Assembly (NCBI GenBank): GCA_019057475.1
Contig: DXJO01000039.1
Span: 1 to 64,000, forward strand
Reading direction: 5' to 3'
From: Candidatus Thorarchaeota archaeon
Lineage (GTDB): Archaea; Asgardarchaeota; Thorarchaeia; Thorarchaeales; Thorarchaeaceae
Length of the DNA stretch: 64,000 bases
Part shown: one piece after another, positions 58,482-64,000 of the stretch
Numbering within the stretch: position 1 is the first letter of the stretch
How the letters are laid out: the number at the start of each line of letters is the position of its first letter
Notes under the pieces: generated by a model
What the model was told of the DNA's origin: nothing
Seen by the model: the letters and a program-made list of their open reading frames with translations, nothing else
Databases searched by the model: none
Program-made: the position numbers and the translations under genes

Positions 58482-59348
58482 CTACAGCATCTCAATGACT
58501 TCCCGAAGGCTATTCACCTCTAGATCAGGAGTCATATCCATGCCATCCACATCGAATGGAATGATATCGTCCGGATTGCGCCGAACAAGAATAGTTGCGA
58601 GACCTGCTGCCTTTCCTCCAGCAATGTCTGAAGCCGGGTTATCCCCGACCATCACAGCATCGCTCATCTCGAATCCAAGAGTTTTCACTGTTTCAATCAC
58701 GATTTCAGGGAGTGGTTTCCTTACCGCAATTGCCTTCACGCCAGTGGCATGCTCAATTGCTGCGACAATTGAACCCTCGCCGATGTAGATGTCCTCGTGC
58801 CCGAGATACACCCCAGGATAGTCCTTGCTTCCGCTGATGCACAGAAGAGATGCTCCTTGATGGACCATCTTGGTCGCAAAGTTGAGACGCTGAAAGGTGA
58901 GACCCCGGTCGGCTCCAACTGCCACGTAGTCGATGGGCGGGTTGTTAGTGACATCAAGACCTCTTGCAACAAAGTCCTCTGTGGCGCCTCCCTCGCTGAT
59001 TACAAAGCATCTTGCACCAGGAGACCTATTGTGAACGTACGCTGCCGCGGCAGCACCAGCACTGAATGTATTCTTGAGGCTGACATCGAACCCCGCAGAA
59101 GCCACAGCCCCGTGAATTTGCCGTGCAGAAAGCCGTCCGGTGTTAGTCAATAACGCAAGCGTTCTACGCTTTTCCATTAGAGCATTCCAGAGAGGCAAGG
59201 CGTCGGGGAATGGCTCAGGATGTTCTACATCCTTTATGAGCGTGTTATCAACATCGAATATCCACAGATGTTTGCTACTGAAGTCCATGGCAGTCACTAT
59301 CTTGCTCCAATGCGAAGCATCCACAAAAGTCTGTCTGACGCGATGCAT
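58482..59348 (-). CDS. HAD-IIA (NagD-like) hydrolase
   Basis: FDVDNTL, LTN, KP, MVGDNPASDIAGG. Confidence 0.9.
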   Translation of the reverse strand: MHRVRQTFVDASHWSKIVTAMDFSSKHLWIFDVDNTLIKDVEHPEPFPDALPLWNALMEKRRTLALLTNTGRLSARQIHGAVASAGFDVSLKNTFSAGAAAAAYVHNRSPGARCFVISEGGATEDFVARGLDVTNNPPIDYVAVGADRGLTFQRLNFATKMVHQGASLLCISGSKDYPGVYLGHEDIYIGEGSIVAAIEHATGVKAIAVRKPLPEIVIETVKTLGFEMSDAVMVGDNPASDIAGGKAAGLATILVRRNPDDIIPFDVDGMDMTPDLEVNSLREVIEML

Positions 59349-59699
59349 CTAGTCCTGTTCAAGAAGCGGAATCACGCAGATGAAAATGAAGGGCTGTTTC
59401 CCCTTTGTGTTGTCATACCCATGCTCAACACCGGATGGAATGAACACGACATCATCCTTCTTTGCTATAGTACCTTCTGGAAAACCTAGGGCCTTAACCT
59501 GACCATGAAGCACGAATATCTGGTGCTCTTCATCATGTGTATGAAGTGGAATGATGCCACCAGGCTGTATCTCGAAACGTCGCATAGAGTATGTCGTGGC
59601 TCCAGTCATCTTCCCAACTAGCCAGCGCATTGTGACCTTCCTGCTGCCAGGCATTGTGATTTCACACTCTTCGCGCTCGTTGTAGTTCACAATGTACAT
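59349..59699 (-). CDS. cupin-domain protein
   Basis: PGG.IPLHTH.EEH.IFVL.G, FIPSGVEHGY. Confidence 0.9.
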   Translation of the reverse strand: MYIVNYNEREECEITMPGSRKVTMRWLVGKMTGATTYSMRRFEIQPGGIIPLHTHDEEHQIFVLHGQVKALGFPEGTIAKKDDVVFIPSGVEHGYDNTKGKQPFIFICVIPLLEQD

Positions 59700-59922
59700 A
59701 CGGAAGACCTCCGATATTGCCCGGAAAGTGCCGGATGAAGCGTTGTGCTGGCTCACAATATAATAACATTAGGTTATGACCACGTGGAATGAGAGATCTA
59801 TCGTGAATGCTTGGACCAGCGGCATCATCGACTCACCGCAGAAAGTTTAATCTTGGCAGCTCTCGTTTGCGAATCACCTAGAATGCAGGAGAGTTGGCCT
59901 GCAGCTGTGGATGGTACTATTC

Positions 59923-60444
59923 ATGAGTGAAGAGAACACATACCTTCGAGCAAAACTGACCGAAATCAACAGCTCCATCAAGGGCTTGACTGAGATGCTC
60001 AATCGGATGATTGACGTCATGTCAAAGATCAGCGAGGTACAAGACGCAATGTCTGAAACGAAAGCCCTTGCAACTGCGAATAGCCAGAAGCTTGATGCGC
60101 TCATGGAAAAGATCGAAGGCATCACTGTGGCCGCTTCACCTGCTGCAAGACAGGCATCAATCGCTGAGAAAGGAGCAGTTCCTTCAATGCAGATAATACT
60201 CGACACATTGGAGTCCCAAGTCAGAGAAGGAGTAATCGCAAGCGATTTATCCATGAAGATAGGCGAAACTGTTCAAACCCTTGAACGAATGCTGGGCAAG
60301 TCTGGGCCACTCATTGTAAAGATGCAGCGGTGGACACGGATTCTCAAAACGTACGGGAGGGTTGACACCATCAGTCCCCAGGACCTCCAGAAGCTGCGCT
60401 TAGACATCAAGGACTGGGGCAAAGAGCTGGCGAAGCTGAGATAA
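59923..60444 (+). CDS. coiled-coil protein with a probable Vps28 C-terminal-like four-helix domain
   Basis: W...L......D.I....L..L.LDI pattern matches my recollection of the VPS28 CTD without gaps. Confidence 0.55.
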   Translation: MSEENTYLRAKLTEINSSIKGLTEMLNRMIDVMSKISEVQDAMSETKALATANSQKLDALMEKIEGITVAASPAARQASIAEKGAVPSMQIILDTLESQVREGVIASDLSMKIGETVQTLERMLGKSGPLIVKMQRWTRILKTYGRVDTISPQDLQKLRLDIKDWGKELAKLR

Positions 60445-60659
60445 GGCTTACACCTTCTCCTAAGCACCCGCAACAACTGATTTCCGCGTATAATCTGTTT
60501 TGGTGCCTTTGAGTGGCAAAAAACGTGATGATAATGCTTAGTTCGTGATTTGAGGGTAAAGAAGACGTTATTGTTATCAGAATGCTCAAGGCTTAATAAC
60601 AGAGAATTCAGTTGCACTTGTAGAGGATTCTGCCGGGAAGCAGTGGAGTTAGACTTCAA

Positions 60660-60998
60660 ATGCTTGATGATAATTGGAAGCGCACTGTGGAGGAAACGAT
60701 TGAGCGTTTCCCAGTCACGCATAGGGATACTATTCTCAAAATATGGTATGATTGGCTTGACACCGACCCTCAAGCACCATTCTATGTCAGCTGGTCAGAC
60801 TTCTCATCACAGCACGACGATCAAGAGGCTCTATACACAGAAACGAGAGTCTTCCTGAAGAGAGTCGCGAATGAGCTCAGGGAGCGCGAAGTCCCACGCA
60901 CTAGCTGGCAAAAAATAGCGAAAGCTCTTGCTGCCGCTGCGAGTGTACTCCTTGTCATATTCCTAGCGCTTTCGAGGGCATTTCGTGCATCAGAGTGA
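60660..60998 (+). CDS. hypothetical tail-anchored membrane protein
   Basis: 112 aa with a C-terminal TM helix. Confidence 0.65.
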   Translation: MLDDNWKRTVEETIERFPVTHRDTILKIWYDWLDTDPQAPFYVSWSDFSSQHDDQEALYTETRVFLKRVANELREREVPRTSWQKIAKALAAAASVLLVIFLALSRAFRASE

Positions 60999-61073
60999 AT
61001 GCTTCTAATGATTTCTCATGAATTCAGAGCGGCCTACTTATAACAAGATTAGACGACCCACGCTGGGGAAGCG

Positions 61074-62564
61074 ATGGAGTCAATAGTGTCAGCCCAGCCG
61101 AAAGCCATGCGCAGGCTCTTCCAGAGGGGAGCCAAGGCCATTGAAGAATCCTCCAGAGTTCTTGCAATATCTCATATCGATACTGATGGAATCACTTCAC
61201 TCGCCATTGTGATTAGCATGCTTCAAAGGGCAGAAAAGACACTTCACTGGCAGAATATTCACCAGCTCAACTCCGAAACGATTCTTGAAGTCAAGCAGCT
61301 TGTCAAAGAGCATAAGCCCGACCTTGTGATATTTTCAGACCTTGGTACTGGACAGATGCACTTGATAGAGGAGTACATCATCCCAGAGGACATTGAGAAG
61401 ATAATCATACTGGATCATCATCTTCCATCTGATAGTCGCCAGCAGCTATCAGAGAGTTCTGAACAAGACAAGATTATTGAGATAAACCCCTGCCAACATA
61501 ACATGAGTGGCAGCTATGACATTTCTGCAGCAGGGGTATCTTTTCTTCAGGCGTATGCACTCTCGAAAGATAATGTAGACCTCAGCGAGTTGGCCATTGT
61601 CGGCGCGTCAGGTGATCTTCAGGATTACTACGGAAAGGGCTTCACTGGGTTGAACAAGGAGATAGTTAGTCTGGGAGAATCGGTAGGATGCATCCAAGTT
61701 GACAAAGACCTCACGTTCTTCGGGATAAACACAAGACCGTTGCCATTCCTGCTCGAGTATGCTACTGACCCATATCTTCCGGGAATCACTGGTGCACGCG
61801 AGGCGGTCTATTCATTCTATCAAGATCTGAAGATACCGCTCAAGACCTCAGACGACCAGTGGAGAATATGGGTTGATCTTAGTAGCGAAGAGAAGCAGAG
61901 AGTGGTTCAAGGTTTAGTCAATGTGATTCTTGAAACCTACGAGAACCCCAAAGTTGCCACGGGAATAATAGGAGAGGTCATAACTCTCAAAAACAGACCG
62001 GCCAGGACTGAATTGAGCAGTTCGAAGGAGTTCTCCACTCTACTGAACGCGTGCGGAAGAAACAGGAGGGCTGAAGTTGGCGTCAAAATCTGCCTTGGTG
62101 ACCAAGAGGCGCTCCTAGAAGGACGCACGCTTCTGAAACAGCATAGGATGAATTTGGCAACAGCTTTGCGTAGGCTGGAATCAGAAGGCTACGAAGAGAA
62201 GCCTGGCATGTATGTTGTAAACGACCCACAGACTCAAGACACCATTGTGGGCATTGTCATTGGGATGGCGCAAGGCTCTCGGATTGTGCCAGCGGATAGA
62301 CCAGTGATTGGCGTGAGCACGAATACCACCGATGAAGGGCCAAGAGTCAAGGTTTCAGGCCGGTGTCGAAGATCCTTGGTGAAGAAAGGCATCAACCTGA
62401 AGGAAACATTCACTGAAGTTGGGGAGTACTTGAACGAACAACATGACTCGCTAATCGTAGAAGCTGGAGGACATCCCATGGCAGCAGGGGCATTTGTTCA
62501 CCAAGATCACTTAGATGAATTCCTGAATCGTGTTTCAGACCTGATGGCGAAGATTCTTGGGTAG
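61074..62564 (+). CDS. DHH-family RecJ/GAN/Cdc45-like protein
   Basis: H.DTDG, DLG, LDHH, S.AG, GD.QD, LNACGR, GGH..AAGA. Confidence 0.9.
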   Translation: MESIVSAQPKAMRRLFQRGAKAIEESSRVLAISHIDTDGITSLAIVISMLQRAEKTLHWQNIHQLNSETILEVKQLVKEHKPDLVIFSDLGTGQMHLIEEYIIPEDIEKIIILDHHLPSDSRQQLSESSEQDKIIEINPCQHNMSGSYDISAAGVSFLQAYALSKDNVDLSELAIVGASGDLQDYYGKGFTGLNKEIVSLGESVGCIQVDKDLTFFGINTRPLPFLLEYATDPYLPGITGAREAVYSFYQDLKIPLKTSDDQWRIWVDLSSEEKQRVVQGLVNVILETYENPKVATGIIGEVITLKNRPARTELSSSKEFSTLLNACGRNRRAEVGVKICLGDQEALLEGRTLLKQHRMNLATALRRLESEGYEEKPGMYVVNDPQTQDTIVGIVIGMAQGSRIVPADRPVIGVSTNTTDEGPRVKVSGRCRRSLVKKGINLKETFTEVGEYLNEQHDSLIVEAGGHPMAAGAFVHQDHLDEFLNRVSDLMAKILG

Positions 62565-62591
62565 CTTGTCCTACGCTGTATTTTCCAGTTC

Positions 62592-63065
62592 CTAGTAGTC
62601 TTCTTTGGTCAAAGAGGCACCAATGATTCCAGGAATACCGAGCAGAGCAATGGCCACTCCAAAATCGATTCCAAGGTCAACTGCACTAGCGGAGATGGCT
62701 TCGAATGTGTACTCCACACCCTGAACAAGGATAGCAAAACCTGCAAAGAAAAGACCAACGCAGACCAAGGAAACAACGATCATTCGCTTCCAATCCTTTG
62801 AGATAAGACCCGAAATGAAACCAGCCACTCCAAGGGCAACGATTGGAGCGTAAGCTGCTTCGTCTCTCGCGAGGGTGTAAGGGCGCATCAATCCTTGGAA
62901 CAATGCGGCTCCATATACTTTCAACGTGAGGATTATATCCCCGGAATCTGCAATCAATTGGATTTCCACCAAGCTCAAGCCCACAATCTGAAAAGCGCCG
63001 ATGATTATCGCGGCAGACAGGGCGATTAGCAATGCAATGGTTGTTCTGAACATTTTCTCATGCAC
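62592..63065 (-). CDS. membrane protein
   Basis: Four to five hydrophobic helices. Confidence 0.7.
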   Translation of the reverse strand: MHEKMFRTTIALLIALSAAIIIGAFQIVGLSLVEIQLIADSGDIILTLKVYGAALFQGLMRPYTLARDEAAYAPIVALGVAGFISGLISKDWKRMIVVSLVCVGLFFAGFAILVQGVEYTFEAISASAVDLGIDFGVAIALLGIPGIIGASLTKEDY

Positions 63066-63166
63066 ATCCTATATCAAGCACGAATCTGTCTTAGGGGATG
63101 CAGGAGTCCCTCTGAGCTCTTATATCTCTTGGCAGCCTGCTCAAGGATACCCCCGATATAGAACAG

Positions 63167-63631
63167 CTAGTCACGACTGGTCAATGATAGCATTCTTTCA
63201 CGTGATTTTTCAAGAAGTCCCAAAATCTGTATCGGCATCTCTCCTACTGGCAGTGAGTCAAGCGGGAACCAAGTCACTTCCGCGGCTGGAGTTTCCGGTC
63301 GAGTTTCCATCGTCAAGCCCCGTGCAAGATAATGGTTCAAGAGATAATGATACTCTACACGCCCCTCTGAATCGAGAGTTACAAGGTCAGCCGTGGAAAC
63401 GAGCTCTAGGACTTCACACTGTACTCCGGTCTCCTCCATAACCTCCCTCACAACTGCTTCCTTCTGCGTTTCGCCCAACTCAACCGCGCCGCCAGGAATG
63501 CTCCAGAGCCCCTTGCCAGGTTCCTTATCACGACGCAAAAGAAGAAGACCAGCAGGTCCAACCACGATAGCTCCGACACCGGGGATTGGATGACTGGGAT
63601 ACCTGCGATTATCCACATGCGGCACCATCAC
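63167..63631 (-). CDS. Nudix hydrolase
   Basis: WSIPGGAVELGET..EAV.REV.EETG Nudix box. Confidence 0.93.
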   Translation of the reverse strand: MMVPHVDNRRYPSHPIPGVGAIVVGPAGLLLLRRDKEPGKGLWSIPGGAVELGETQKEAVVREVMEETGVQCEVLELVSTADLVTLDSEGRVEYHYLLNHYLARGLTMETRPETPAAEVTWFPLDSLPVGEMPIQILGLLEKSRERMLSLTSRD

Positions 63632-63641
63632 TATTCGTTAA

Positions 63642-63998
63642 TCAGTAGATCGCGAGACTTGCCGGCATTGGCATGGCTTGGCCACACTTCTCGCAGGTCC
63701 GGGACTCTGATAGGTCGAAGTAGTGACCGTTCTGATAAGGTATTCTCATGTCCAGCCCACAAGACGCGCAGTGAATCTTCACGTACCGTCTCAAATCAAA
63801 TGAAATGCCCCAAGCATGTTCAGCATCATCGGTTTTGCCCAACTGAGTGTATACGTTGGCCAATGCAATCCATGGAGACGCCGAGCCGGCATCATCCAAA
63901 GTCCCACGCACTAGACAGTCAACTATTTCGTCATTCCAAGCCAGATGATTGTAGACATAGTAGAGAGCACACCACCCCTGCGGTATGTCGACTATCGC
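63642..63998 (-). CDS. TPR + Zn-ribbon protein, 5'-partial
   Basis: W..LANVY..LG..DDA TPR; CASC...CEKC; frame stays open to the window edge. Confidence 0.7.
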   Translation of the reverse strand, partial: AIVDIPQGWCALYYVYNHLAWNDEIVDCLVRGTLDDAGSASPWIALANVYTQLGKTDDAEHAWGISFDLRRYVKIHCASCGLDMRIPYQNGHYFDLSESRTCEKCGQAMPMPASLAIY

Positions 63999-64000
63999 AT

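Overview
An archaeal chromosomal window of moderate GC content, most consistent with an Asgard archaeon (Thorarchaeia-like). This is inferred from two eukaryote-length Rpo5/RPB5 genes, split Alg14/Alg13, Mer, Nre, EndoQ, a GAN/RecJ-Cdc45-type DHH protein and a probable Vps28-CTD protein. About 1-25 kb is a surface-glycan biosynthesis region. It holds a decaying duplicated segment interrupted by a composite IS5 (IS903-group) + MITE transposon carrying a glucuronyl C5-epimerase-like gene and a DUF2341 gene. About 25-31.9 kb and 35.4-64 kb are housekeeping or hypothetical genes. The standout is a 3.5-kb island at about 31.87-35.40 kb with four parts: an unusually large (707 aa) TnpB-like RuvC protein with a non-canonical third catalytic motif; an unannotated array of six 31-32-bp units upstream of it (AGGTTGCA-N6-TGACCRNTYG-N7/8, two conserved blocks alternating with two variable segments) behind a TATA box on the opposite strand; two small ORFs; and a decayed IS607 serine transposase. 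No rRNA, tRNA or canonical CRISPR array was recognised. All family assignments come from motif recognition by eye, not database searches.
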